Shown here piece after piece: positions 25,934-38,265 of a stretch of DNA of 64,000 nt. Made by a program: the position numbers and the translations under genes. The DNA lies in contig MU008181.1 in NCBI GenBank assembly GCA_010909165.1, positions 682,001 through 746,000 on the forward strand, in the 5' to 3' direction. Source of the stretch: Anthoceros angustus. Taxonomy: Eukaryota; Plantae; Anthocerotophyta. Every line of letters begins with the position of its first letter. The first letter of the stretch is position 1. The notes beneath the pieces are model-generated. The model searched no databases. It was not told the DNA's origin and saw nothing but the letters and a program-made list of their open reading frames with translations.

Positions 25934-28375
25934 ATGTCCAGCTTGCCCATTCCTGGAGCCGCATCAGCCTCTACTTCCAAGCATCTTCCTCAGCCCCCGC
26001 CCCTTAGCCATGGACTTTCAGCAGGTGTCAGCTCCATCGTCCTTCATCCTCCCCCGGGAGATCAGGGAGACGAGGGGCTGGAGCGAGGATGCAGGTCCAT
26101 GGGTGTCGATGGTGAAGGAGGTGAGGAACAGCTCGACGGCGGCCGCAAGAAGGTGCTCAATCCTTTTGCGCAGGAGTTTGTCCCGGGGCCGCCTCGCCAT
26201 CAGCCCGACGCCGGGGAGGGCTCTAGAGCAACAAGCAGGGTCCCTGATGATGGTGTGAGCCAGGGAGATGAGCCAGGGAACCACATTGCGGATGCCATTT
26301 CCAATCCTCCTGCGGACCACGGTGGTGGTCTCACCAGCACCTTTGCTGGAAATGGCAGGGGTTCTCGGAGCAGAAGAGGAAATTTTCAGGCGCCTGCGCC
26401 TGCGCCTGCTGCACCTTCAGGAGGACGCCGAGGGCAGATGTTAAATGCTAACCACTTGTTGAATTTTCAGTATGATCGTTTTCAGCGGCCACCCCCTCGA
26501 GCTGCTCCACCGCAGCGTGGCAAGCAGAAACAGCGGGCTCAGCCCTACAACAAGGAGCTTTTCTTGCAGGCCAACTTCCGGTTTCTGGTGTCGGATTTGG
26601 GTGACTATGCACAGAATGCCAGTGACCCCGACAAGATGTTGGAGTGGGAAGATGTGGCAGCGGTGAACGTGTTAGCACCTCAGCCTCTGCAGTGCCCCAT
26701 CTGCCTGGATAGTCCACCTGTGTGCCCTCAGATCACGTCTTGTGGTCATACGTTTTGTTTCCCCTGCATTCTGCGGTATATGATGATGGGGGAAGAGAAT
26801 CCGAGGGGGGACTACTGCAAGAAGTGCCCTCTGTGCTTTGCAATGATCTCTTGCAAAGAGATGCGCACGGTGTCAGTACACAGCGTGAAGCAGTACGAGG
26901 TTGGTGATATCCTCAAGTTCACTCTGCTTGTTCGGCCAAAGGACTCCATCATACCTTTTGAGAGGAGAGGGAGGCGGAGCTCTCTGTCATACAGCACGGA
27001 CGGGGATTGCCAGATTTTCTCCAAGTTTTCCCTTACCTCGGATGCAGAGCAAACTACGAACAAGGCTCTGTCAGAGCTGAAGGAGTGGATGGAGCGAGTG
27101 CAGGCGGAGGGTTCGAACGAGGATCTTGAGTTGCTGCCTTATGGATTGGCAGCAACTGAGCAAGTGCAGCGAAGGAAAGTGGCTTGGGGGGAGCATCGGG
27201 CATCGGAGTTCTTGAGCAGTAGCCCTAATGTGAGGCAGAGGATTATTGCACAAGCCAAAGCAGGCGAACAGCTTGCAGAGACGGTGGGAAAGCTTGACTT
27301 GGAGGGCCAAAGCCAAAGTCCAGCAACTGGTAAAGGAGGATATGCAAGCAAGGTAGATGTTGCAGCAGAGACAAAGGCAGCCCTGGCAGAGTTAAGAGAG
27401 AAGGCTGGTTGGGTGTACGAGAGTGCTTTCTCCGATGATGAAGATGGTGGCAAACCAAAGCTGCATGTGAGCAGCCCGAAGGAGCGAGATCTGATTCACT
27501 GGGAGCAGTGGGTTCCAGGTGATGGGGTAGAAGTGGCAGAAAGCAAGGAGGCAGAGCCCAAGAAGGATACCGAAGACGGAGAGTTGTACTACTTCTATCA
27601 GGCGGCTGACGGGCAATCATTCATCCTCCATCCACTCAACATGAAGTGTCTTCTGCAGCATTTCAGGACTTACGAGTCTCTCCCTTCCAGTATACAAGTG
27701 AAACTGGTGGAGTTGGAAGCTGTGACCCAGACAGAAGCAGCAAGGAAGCGATTCCGATATCTGAGCCACCTTCCCTTGACAACAACCTTCTACCTTTGCG
27801 AGGTTGATCTGAGCGACCAGATTCCGGTCACAGCCTTCCAGCCTTTCTCAGAAGAGCTGCGGATCAGGCAGAACCGACGCCAGCGGCGTCAGCAGTTGGA
27901 GAAGCAGCAGAGAGCAGAAGAGCAGCGGCTAGCAGCTACTGCATCCACCAAGTCTCAGCGATTTCCTCATGCATCAGACTTCGTTCCCATTGCAAAGTCT
28001 GCAAATGCATCTGACAATTGTGAGGCCCTGGACACTGAGGCAGTGCCACCAGACAGTGCCCCGTCACCAAGTCCCCCAGTCTTGGAAGAACGGAAACTGT
28101 TTTCCAGTGTTGCCAAACTGGGTTATGCTTCAGGACATGACGCACCCACTCTCTCTCAGACCAAGGCAGTGGATGCTTCTTCCCCTTCCCAGTCATCTGA
28201 AACAGGTGGAAGCAGTGGCACAACCCCACTTACTTTTGCTGCCATTATCCAAGCTCAGGTTAATGCAAAGCCCAGCCAGGAGGAGGGTGAAAGGATCCGG
28301 GTTTCTGGCAGTAGTAAGAAAGGGAAGAAGGGTGTGAAAGTGCTCATGTCAACAGCTGGGGGACGACGATACTGA
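25934..28375 (+). CDS. RNF10: C3HC4 RING E3 ligase, RNF10/Mag2-like, uninterrupted 813-aa CDS
   Basis: Motifs NANHLLNFQYD, YNKELFLQANFRFLV, CPICLDSPPVCPQITSCGHTFCFPCILRY…CPLC, YYFYQAADGQSFILHPLNMKCL, RKRFRYLSHLPL and a KKGKKGVKVLMSTAGGRRY C-terminus. Confidence 0.9.
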   Translation: MSSLPIPGAASASTSKHLPQPPPLSHGLSAGVSSIVLHPPPGDQGDEGLERGCRSMGVDGEGGEEQLDGGRKKVLNPFAQEFVPGPPRHQPDAGEGSRATSRVPDDGVSQGDEPGNHIADAISNPPADHGGGLTSTFAGNGRGSRSRRGNFQAPAPAPAAPSGGRRGQMLNANHLLNFQYDRFQRPPPRAAPPQRGKQKQRAQPYNKELFLQANFRFLVSDLGDYAQNASDPDKMLEWEDVAAVNVLAPQPLQCPICLDSPPVCPQITSCGHTFCFPCILRYMMMGEENPRGDYCKKCPLCFAMISCKEMRTVSVHSVKQYEVGDILKFTLLVRPKDSIIPFERRGRRSSLSYSTDGDCQIFSKFSLTSDAEQTTNKALSELKEWMERVQAEGSNEDLELLPYGLAATEQVQRRKVAWGEHRASEFLSSSPNVRQRIIAQAKAGEQLAETVGKLDLEGQSQSPATGKGGYASKVDVAAETKAALAELREKAGWVYESAFSDDEDGGKPKLHVSSPKERDLIHWEQWVPGDGVEVAESKEAEPKKDTEDGELYYFYQAADGQSFILHPLNMKCLLQHFRTYESLPSSIQVKLVELEAVTQTEAARKRFRYLSHLPLTTTFYLCEVDLSDQIPVTAFQPFSEELRIRQNRRQRRQQLEKQQRAEEQRLAATASTKSQRFPHASDFVPIAKSANASDNCEALDTEAVPPDSAPSPSPPVLEERKLFSSVAKLGYASGHDAPTLSQTKAVDASSPSQSSETGGSSGTTPLTFAAIIQAQVNAKPSQEEGERIRVSGSSKKGKKGVKVLMSTAGGRRY

Positions 28376-29972
28376 TGGCATGCTGTTGCATACAATGTGG
28401 GAAAGAGTAAATGTTACAGGTGTTGCAGTTGTCTAACCTCGCCGCTTTCTTGCTTGCTTGCTAGTGCCCCTTTTTTTTAGAAGCATCTGTTCCCAAGTGG
28501 GGTCGGTTACACTGCTATTGTAATGGAAAAGTACAAATGTGTATTTACGAGGAGCGATTTCCCGTCTGCAGTCTGTACAGGCTTGCTCTCTGGAAAGCGT
28601 CATGGGTTGTCTGGTGTGTGGGTCTGGCAAGCCCGGGTGCATGGGTTTAGGAATCGGCATCCCGCGAGCTCAAGGCCGCCACCGCCCACCAACATCAGGG
28701 CTTTCCGATTGTGTGAGGATATTGTAAAATTATGGGCAGTCCTGTCGTCGTCGTTTGACCTGTCCGCTAAAAGCTCATCCCAGCTTTTTCCGTAGCACAG
28801 AGCTACAGTACCTACCGCCTGGACCTGGACGCCATGTCTGAAACTAAGCACATGAGACCGTCAGTGCAAAACAGTGAACGACATAACCAGAGAAAGACAA
28901 GACTAGGAGCAGCACCGACTCTGCCGCTTCTTTTCGACTTAGTCCGTAAAGCCATCTGCTGACACTGCCGTTAACTAAAGATTTCGGAAACAGCGCAGCC
29001 ATGAGGAGAACAGGACTCCGGTACAGTGTATGTACATAGAATGTACGCAGTACGCCGCTGCACCATAGTGACAGTACCGCTCTGCCGACTCCTCACATGA
29101 TGACGCTCCATGAATAGAAATTGTTCAAGACGATGACGCGATCCCCAGTTGAGATCTGTCATCATGATTCCCGGAGATGATTCTTATTCGGCATGGCCGA
29201 GATATCTCACACAAATGAATGCGGCTCGAGGCCGGTATTTGACAGTCAAAGCAAAGTTCATTGCACTCCGTCATTCGAAGGATATGGTCCTTCATTCTCT
29301 CGTCTTGAGATGACGGGTGCCCAACTAGACTTGCTGCAAGACAATCAAAGGCAAAAGCTTCCAGCAAGGGGCAAGAGCAGATATCTCATCCAAAATCGAA
29401 CCACAGAAGGTTTCGTTTGAAGCACCACACCGCACAAGATATGCTTTTCTATATGTACTCGACCGAGCAAGAAACTTTACAGGACATGATGACAAGACAC
29501 CACCAGCTCGCAGTACATTCTTGGTCCTCCGGCTGATACCTGTTTCTGCCCTACAGGGTTGGGTCTCTGCTAAACCACCCTCTCTAGAATGCTAAATGAC
29601 ATGACGGGAGGTCTGCACGGGATAACATGGTACATGGAAAATGGCTAGTAAGGTATAGCCAGCCGAAACAAATCAGATCATCAATATATGCATAGGTAAC
29701 ACAAGCCCCAAACCTCCCCCCATCCGCCTTCACCACCTAGCCCTGCATATACTAATATCGAACACAAGCCACAATGCCCTTCAACATATATCCTGGAAGT
29801 GAAGGCTCTCGGCCGGGTTTCACTCTGTGCTACGAATATGAAGTTCCCCTTTTCGTGGGCTCGACTTGTCCTTAAGGTTGAACGTCCTCATGTCGTGAAG
29901 TCCGACATCCAGGAAAGACAATGAAGTACTAAAGGGCTTGACTTGAGCACCGGAAATACACACACCCTTAAT

Positions 29973-32102
29973 TCAATAAGGCCGACCCAGGCCATGCCTG
30001 TCAGAGGTAGGCGCCCGTCCATGGCGTTGGTCTCTGAAGTGCCGAAGGAGAGCTGAAGCCTGAAGGGAAAAAAAAGCGTCAGTGCCTCAGTGCAGAGGAC
30101 AATTCATCTATACATACTTGTGGGTGAAAAACGAAACACAAGGCCAAGGATTTACTTTTTCTTTGGCACGAGCAGTGCCAGATTGAGAAAGGGCGTGCAA
30201 TGGTGGTATAGCTCCTTCTCGCAAGACCATAGCTCGATGCTTGTTGCTAACCATACATAGCTGGAGAAGGGCAGCTGCAGCATTCTCCTTTCCTCGAGGA
30301 GACCCAGCCTCAACAACCTCCACAAGTGCAGGAATGCCTCCTTCATCTCCAATAGCAACCTTACCCTCAGGTATAGTTGCCAAATTGGCCAACACAGCCA
30401 CTGCCTTGTCCACCATGCCAGCGGCAGGATCCGACATGAGCTCAACCAGGGGCTTGATAGCCCCGTGCCGCACGATCCTGGCCTTGTTCTCATGGTAAAT
30501 GGACAGGTTGAAAAGTGCAGTGGCTGCATCCTTCTTTCCCCTCGGGGAACCGTTGATGAGCAGATGCACCAAGGGCGGGATGGCACCAGAAGCTCCAATA
30601 GTCACCTTGTTGTCATCCATCACCGACAAGCTGAACAGCGTAGCTGCAGCGTTCTCCATAGCCTCCGGGTTTCCGACCTTGAGCACATGCACTAGAGGAT
30701 CGATAGCACCCGCAGACGCGATCTCCGACTTGTTGATGTCGTTGATAGATAGGTTAAGCAACGCAGTGACAGCATTCTCCTGCGTCTTGGCATCAGGAGA
30801 CCTCAAGAGCGCAACCAGGGGCCGCACAGCTCCGGAATTGGCAATAGTGATCCGGTTCTCCATGTTATACTTGGCCAGCAGCCGCAATTCAGCCGCAGCA
30901 GCCCGGTGCACCTCAACAACCTCCGACTGCAGATCCAGCACCAATTGATCCACCCTCTTCTGCGTAGCATCGTCCGTGCCGGGCATAACATCCGGCAAAG
31001 CCGCGGGCACGATCCTCGGCATGGAATGCTCCCGATCCTCCCCGCGCCTCCTCCACACCATGGACGGCCTGTCCGGCACCCGCGCCGGAGACCCCGGCTC
31101 ATCGCTGAACCCCGGGGACGCCGCCGGCAGCTGGTGATGCGCGGACGGAGGGACTCCGTCCAGCTCCCCCGAGAAATCACTGAAAGAAAAGGCACCGTTC
31201 ACCGAGCGGGGAGAATCAGCGTGCACCGCGTCTGCGGCAGCAGAATTCTGCGCATCCTCCTGGCTGGAAGACGCACTGGATCCGGACGACGTACGGCTGT
31301 GGTCCACAAGGAAATCCACTCCCACCGCTGCCCCCGCATGCGAGTGGCCATGGCCGGCATCCAGACTCCCAGCGGCCGCCCCGTTCTCCACAGAATGGCC
31401 ATGGCCGTGGGTGGTGCTGTGCTCCTGCACCGCCTCGGCCTCCTCCGCGGCCCTGCCGCTGGTCCTGGCCCGCAAGACCGCAACCTGCACGGGCCTGCCT
31501 CCCTCCGCGTCCTCCGAACCCGCGCGCGCCTCCTCCTGCTCCTCCAGCGGCCCCGCGGCGATACGCTCCTCCACCTCCCCCTTCCCGGACGCCACGGGGC
31601 TGAGCGGCCTGGGCGGGAGCGGCCCTAGCCCAAGCCCGAGGCTCAGCAGCCGCGCGGGCTCCGGCAGCGGCACACTGTTGGACTCGCACCAGCTGGCGAT
31701 GAGCGCCTTGACGGTGTAGTTAGGAATGAGGTTGGTGTGCGTGAGCGCCTGGCGCGTCTTGGGACAGGTGGTATTGCCCTGGTCCAGCCACTGCTGGATG
31801 TAGGCGCGCTCGTACGTCTGCCCCGACGCCACAATCACAGGATCCGACATGAGCTCCAGCGAGAGCGGGCATCGGAAATCCGGGGGAATGGCCTTGCCGA
31901 GCGGCAGGCCCGCGCCGGGCCCGGGCCCGGGGCCGGAGCCGGGGCCGGGGCCGCCTCCCGCTCCCGCCGCATCCATGAACCCTCGCCGCGCGATCTGCTG
32001 CTGCTGAGGCTGCTGCTGAGGCGGCGGCTGCTGCTGGTGATGGAGAGGCTGCTGATGCTGATGCTGGTGCTGATGCGGATGCTGCTGGCTCACCGCCGCC
32101 AT
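29973..32102 (-). CDS. PUB4: U-box/ARM-repeat E3 ligase, PUB4-like, 2 exons
   Basis: U-box IPPDFRCPLSLELMSDPVIVASGQTYERAYIQQWL followed by ARM repeats (LRLLAKYNMENRITIANSGAV…, GSPRGKENAAAALLQLC). Donor after RAKEK at 30155; last exon from 30059 reads ASALLRHFRDQRHGR…. Confidence 0.88.
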
Positions 32103-32597
32103 AGCCGAGCTCCAACCCGGGCTCCTTCTTGCTGCTGCTCGCGCTGCCGGCGCTCAAATTGTGCAGCCGCAGAGCCGGCCGCATATCGCGTCTTCTTCCT
32201 TCTGGTCCTGCTCCTGCTCCTGCTCCTGCTCCGGCGTTGGGCCGCGGCTGCCGCTCCCGCTCCCGCGGCAGCGTGCGCCATGTCTGGGCCAGTGTGCGAG
32301 TGCGCGCAGCAGCCAGGCAGGCGCACGGCACGAAAGTGAAGCGAAGGCAGCTCTGATTCAAATGGCACGCCTGTCCTGCCGCTATAATAACCCGGCGACC
32401 GGTCCCCGGCGCAAACCCTCGATCAACACAGGCGCTGCCTAGCCTTCACGTTGTTTCCACGTCCCGCACATTAGCTACATGCACATCTCATTCCTCCTAA
32501 GCGCTGCGGCTGCCGCCAAATTTAGACGCTGCCCCCGCTCTAACGTCTAACGCGGCGAGACGCCTCTGGCGACGCGGACGCGACTGTGTCGACTCGG

Positions 32598-32623
32598 TGC
32601 GATGCGATGCGATGCGATGCGAT
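32598..32623. repeat. (TGCGA)5 microsatellite
   Basis: Direct reading of five tandem pentamers. Confidence 0.85.
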
Positions 32624-32944
32624 ATGATGCTGGAAAAGGGCCGAGACGATCACGGCAGCTGGGCCCCACAGCCGCGCACACGCTTTAGACCCACTGCGTG
32701 TTGTAATGTTGCGGTGAACAGAGGTAGCGGCATCGGAATCAGGGCCCCATCGGGCGTGCCAACAAACGGCGACTGTTAGCGCCGCGGATGGGAATGCGAC
32801 TCCATTGCAGCCGGCTTCATGATAAGGTGGGCGTTTGGCCACCGGGGCGCGGGCTATAGGCGGTCGCGACGTGGCGCGCACCTGTTGGCTCTCCTTCCCT
32901 TCAGATATTGTCATCCGCTCTCTAAATATAGGGCCGGACCCTCT

Positions 32945-32974
32945 TGGGCCTGGGCCTGGGCCTGAACCTGGGCC
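32945..32974. promoter_or_regulatory. Cluster of four TGGGCC site-II-like (TCP) elements
   Basis: tgggcc x3 in tandem plus a fourth copy after tgaacc, in the intergenic region upstream of the PUB4-like gene. Confidence 0.55.
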
Positions 32975-34502
32975 AGGAGGCCAGGACGGATGTGAATGAA
33001 TGGCGCTGGGATTTCGTCTTTCACAGATTCTCGAATTTGGTGTGGTGTGCTGTTTCGTGTCATTAATGTTTGCCTACAAGGGACGTCGGGACCCATCCTC
33101 ATCGCATTTGACTCCTTCCATGGAGTTTTCAAAGGCACACAGAGAGATAGAGAGAGAGAGAGAGAGAACATGTTGCCGACTTTGATGAAGAAGAAGAAGA
33201 AGAATTTTATTTAAGATGTTGCCGACTTTGATGAGCTCACAGGCATCAGCTTCCATAACCAGCCCTGTTGTAGATACCACGTCTTTAGAATATGCGCTAT
33301 TTGCTTCAACTTCCCTATGGCACCTGAATTTCCAGAAATATTCTTTCACCCTCGAACCGACCTGCAAAGTGACTCACGGACTAAGCACGATGTCCACTTC
33401 CTCTTGACCTGCTTACTTGTGGCAAGGTAGATTGCAATCCCCGCCAATCTATGAACGGGAGTAAACCAACTGCCTGGACGTGGAGCTGGAGCTGAAACTC
33501 GATCTGGAAGTGCAAGAAGGGGCCTACCAGCCAATGGCTGTACAAGCTTTGGCTGATAGGCACCTCATTCTGAAGAACAGCTGTGCTAGCAGCAGTGATG
33601 CATATCGGACTCAGCTTCATGGAGGAGCTGGGGAGACGAGAGCGAGAAAACCCACCGGGAATGACAGAATGACACCGAGATCCAGATTGTCAACACCTTG
33701 ATATTCAAAGCTGGTCCAGGATGTAGCACAACACCTGTCTGCTGAAAGTATGACAAGACCAGTCAGCCTCCTCTCATTTTGTGTACCAGTGACACCTACA
33801 GGCAACCGTTACCATGCCTGCTGATACACTACCACGGTTAGCAGGGTTTCCCATCTCCACAATGTGTGAAGGCATTCTCAACTCAACACACTGCTGGACG
33901 TCCACCTGGTGGGTTGCGTGCCCAGTCTTCAACCGCACATGCTGCAAACGAGCGAACGAATACACCCAAGCCCCACCTGCAAAGTGTTAAATTCTTTGTC
34001 CATCCTGCACGTACGCCTTGGTAGTTTCTCCCTTATACCGACCTGCAACAAATAATCAGTTATAAGAGGAGCTGGATCACGCTCCAAGAGTGTGGAGCGA
34101 GCTGGTTTGGGACGTCCTTTAACACAGTCAGCACACGTCTCAAAAATCAGTACACAACATTCGCAATGGAAACCTCGTGTCCAAACCTAGAAACTTACGC
34201 AGCTGCACGAATGATCAGCAACGCCTGAGTTATCAAAGTTGCTTAAAAATGGTAAAGACCTTGTCCCACTTGACGACCTACACTAAAGTCCAGGGCTCGC
34301 GACACTTGAACTGTGTCCAAGAATGCCTTCCACAAACGAGCCAGCCATGTCACCTTCCAGCTGCTACTGCGACAGGTGGCTGGTCCCGAAGCACCGCTAC
34401 ATTAGCAGCAACCCTTTCCAGCAAGATGTCAAAAATTCCATGTACCCGGAGCACAAACCCCCTGATTTCATGCTTGAGAATTCAGAGTCCAATACTACAA
34501 CC

Positions 34503-35158
<656 letters not shown>

Positions 35159-35849
35159 CACGATCGCCGCTCCTTGGGGGCGGTAGCTGCGCTCCTGCTT
35201 CTCAGTTGATGACACAAAAGACTCTAGAACGAGGTTTCACCAGGGCTAACACACCCTACCCCTCCAACAAACTACGTAAAACCGCCGCCTCGATAGGAGG
35301 CTCGACCCGCTCGCCCTACTCTGAAACGGATAGGAAGGGGAAATGAAGAAAGAGAAAATTCAATTTTTTACTTATTGAGGTTTGGATAGATATAATTGGT
35401 AAAAACCAGAACTGGTAGGTAGAATCCGAAGCTAGAAGGTACAAAATAGAACTCGAGGATAAAAATTGAAACTAATGAGTAAAACTAATGGGTACAAGAC
35501 ATTCATCGAGTGGCTAATAAGGTGAGAAGCTCCAATTACCCTAATTAAATTAGTAAATCAAGAAACTTACATACCGATACAGGTATAAATCAAAAAAAGG
35601 TGGGCGTTTGAAGAACTTGAATATTCTTTCATAATTTCATGTATACCTAGATAAAAACGAAAATCAAATAACGAGATAAAGAAGGGAAATTACCAACAAG
35701 ACGAAACTCACCTTCAAATATGATACGCAAAAAACAATCATATAGTGTTAGTATAAGATAAACCACGGATCTCCGATAAAAGCCTCGATATGCAGAACAA
35801 TCAAAACAAATTAAGGAACAAACTAACCTTACTTAAGCTCAAAGTTGAT

Positions 35850-37100
35850 TGTGCAGTTGTGAATGGTCACCCTACCAGAGAAAATGCTCGATAAAAAACT
35901 TTGTTAGGCGGTCAACATTCCAGGACCTTGATCATAGTGCGCCAACATTTGATGTAGCTCAGGGCTGTTCAAAAATGCTTAGGGTTCCTCGTATGCCTTC
36001 CTGAGACCATCTTCAGCCTCATCTTTAACACCTCCAGCACTTGTATAGGCTGCAAATCTTGTACAGGCTACAAATACAATGACAACTCACGTTATCACAC
36101 AATTACAGACAAAACAAGCACAAAATTTACAACCTGAACCTATTGAATACAGACCTTACTTACAGAATGGTCCGATGTTGAACACTTGTGCTTTTTTGAT
36201 GCATCCATTCTTTTACTGGCTTCCTCTTTCATCAACTTCTGCTTGAGTGCTTCCTATCTTTGAAGTTGTAGATGCTGTTCTTTTTCTCTCTGCATTTGAA
36301 GCTCAACTTTCTGTGCTTGAACTCTCCTTTCCTCACTTTTTCTTCGCTGGATCTCCAAAGCCCTTTCTTTTATCTTCAACATTCTATACTCTTGCTCCCT
36401 TCCCAAACAAACCTTGGCAAAATTCTCTTCAAACTCTAAATCAGACTCTAACAAAGTAGGCAAACTTGATGGAATGCCACCAAGAGGCACCACTACCACC
36501 TCTCCAGGTGATGTGACATCCTCACCTCGCTGCCCCATGGGTGTAGAGGCAACCACAACTTCATCCATGTCAAATGATTAATTTCCACTAAAAGACGTAG
36601 CTACACCGGTTCGAACGACCATCACCTACGGAGCCATTCAACTGCATCAACAAAACATTAATCAGAAACCTCAGGGCTACCATTTTCATATGTTTATTAC
36701 AACCGAAAACTTTTACTTTCAAGTGGTGGAACACAATGAAAACAATCCTGTACTAGCGGGAGTCTCATTTTAGTGGTCGTGAGAACATTGCAACAAACAA
36801 CTGCTAAACGAGGAAGTGGTCATCAGCATCGACACTAATCATTCAAGAGTGCTGCCTTGCGACTCGTCTATGCCTTGCGCCGACACTGAGTCAAGGACCA
36901 CCACCAAATTTCGAAGGCGGTCCATATCCTCCGTGTCAAAGCTGTCATTCTCCTCCAATGCTTGCTCGTATTCATTAGTGTAATTCTTGGGCTGAGCTTC
37001 GGATGGTGTCGACTGCCACACAACATTTAGGGTCTGCTGACCCTCATCCAAAAGCTCGCCAATCGCGGTCTTCAACCTTCTGGCACTCAATGCAACCACT
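35850..37100 (-). pseudogene. Degenerate coding fragments of unknown (probably TE-associated) origin
   Basis: Protein-like charged or coiled-coil ORF pieces (36254-36568, 36839-37099) broken by stops, in an AT-rich context. Confidence 0.3.
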
Positions 37101-37249
37101 TGGGCTTTAAGGCAATGCCAGTGTGGACCATAAGCTCTCCCCCTTAGAAGGTAATGAGCTAGTTTTTTTTTGTTTTTTTGTTAGTGTGGAGTGAGAAATA
37201 AGACAAGAAAAGGGAAATAAGACCGGAACGGGTAAGAAGGGGACGATCG

Positions 37250-37396
37250 CCCCAAGCGCTTAAGGACAGGGGGACTCCGGACCTCACTCCGGAGTAGACA
37301 GGGTGACTCCGGACCGCACTCCGGAGCGGCCTGAGGGACTACGGACCGCACTCCGGAGTAGACCGGGGTGAGTCCGGACTCCACTCCGGAGTAAGT
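37250..37396. repeat. ~31-bp tandem repeat with the palindrome ACTCCGGAGT
   Basis: Four units of actccggac(c/t)(g/c)cactccggag followed by ~10 variable nt. Confidence 0.8.
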
Positions 37397-37845
37397 CGCG
37401 ATAAGTACGCCAAGAAAGGTAACTTTGGGACGGAGAGCGTATTTTGGCAAGGGGTGCCACGTGGACGGTGCTAAGAGGGGACAGACGGCAGACAGGGGCC
37501 GGGTTAGATGGCGTTATGGGCGGTAACCACGCCCGCACATGTGCGAAATAGGCGCGTGCCAGCCGGCGGCGGGCGTAAAAGCTAGAGGCAATGCAGACTG
37601 GCGCTACGGCAGGAAGGACGCCTCCGCCTGCTACTTCCCGATTTCAAGTGCCGAGAGAAGGCCATTCTCGACCAACTTCGCGCTTCGCCGCGCCAGTAAC
37701 CCGCTTTTGGCGCTATCTCCCAGCCCAAGCCCCTATGAGCGGCCATCGCCTCCGAACCGAGCGCTCTTTACGGTGGAACTTGGTAGAAGTCTTGGCGCCC
37801 ACCACCTCACAACAGCACACCAACCAGCGCAAGGGTATGGGACCC

Positions 37846-38265
37846 AAGAAGGCGGCGGAGGTCTAGGAGCCGTGGCGCCTGGTGGGGAAGAACATTGTCA
37901 CCAAGCGCTACCCAGATTTCGGACCCTGGCTGGCGGAGGCAAAGGAGCTGGTGCAAGAATGGCACTTGGACATTTTCCAGGCGGTGTGGACCTTCGACAG
38001 CGTGGCCCTGGTCCGGGAGTACGCCCGGAAGATGTTGGCGGTGGCCAACAAAACGGTCCGCTCCAAAAGCTTGAGGGAGGACCCCAGGAGATGGACCGTG
38101 GAGGTCCTGAGGGTGGTCTACATGTACAACCGCCGAGCGGAGGAGATAGGGGGTGTAGTCCCGGAGCCCCGTAAGGTGAAAGGGAAGGTGGAGGCAGCAA
38201 GGGCGGCGCTCTCGAGGCCGGGGACGCAGCGGTCCTCAAATGGGTGGCTAATGCCTGACCACTGA
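37846..38265 (+). pseudogene. TE-like ORF with an in-frame stop
   Basis: ATG…MGPKKAAEV*EPWRLVGKNIVTKRYPDFGPW…WTFDSVALVREYARKM… reads through a single TAG. LVREY resembles the LVREFY motif of retrotransposon accessory ORFs (weak). Confidence 0.35.

Noticed and set aside
28400-29970. Separate gene between the RNF10-like and PUB4-like genes
   Set aside because: Only short ORFs with no motif; better explained as convergent, possibly spliced 3'UTRs.
30108-32442. Multiple antisense and alternate-frame ORFs over the PUB4-like gene
   Set aside because: Shadow ORFs of a GC-rich CDS.
37172-37187. …TAGTG after poly-T as a CACTA terminus
   Set aside because: No matching CACTA partner or TSD found, and the repeat array lies on the wrong side.
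37250-37396. Repeat-spacer pattern as a CRISPR array
   Set aside because: Linkers are only ~10 nt and related to each other, there are no cas genes, and the context is eukaryotic.
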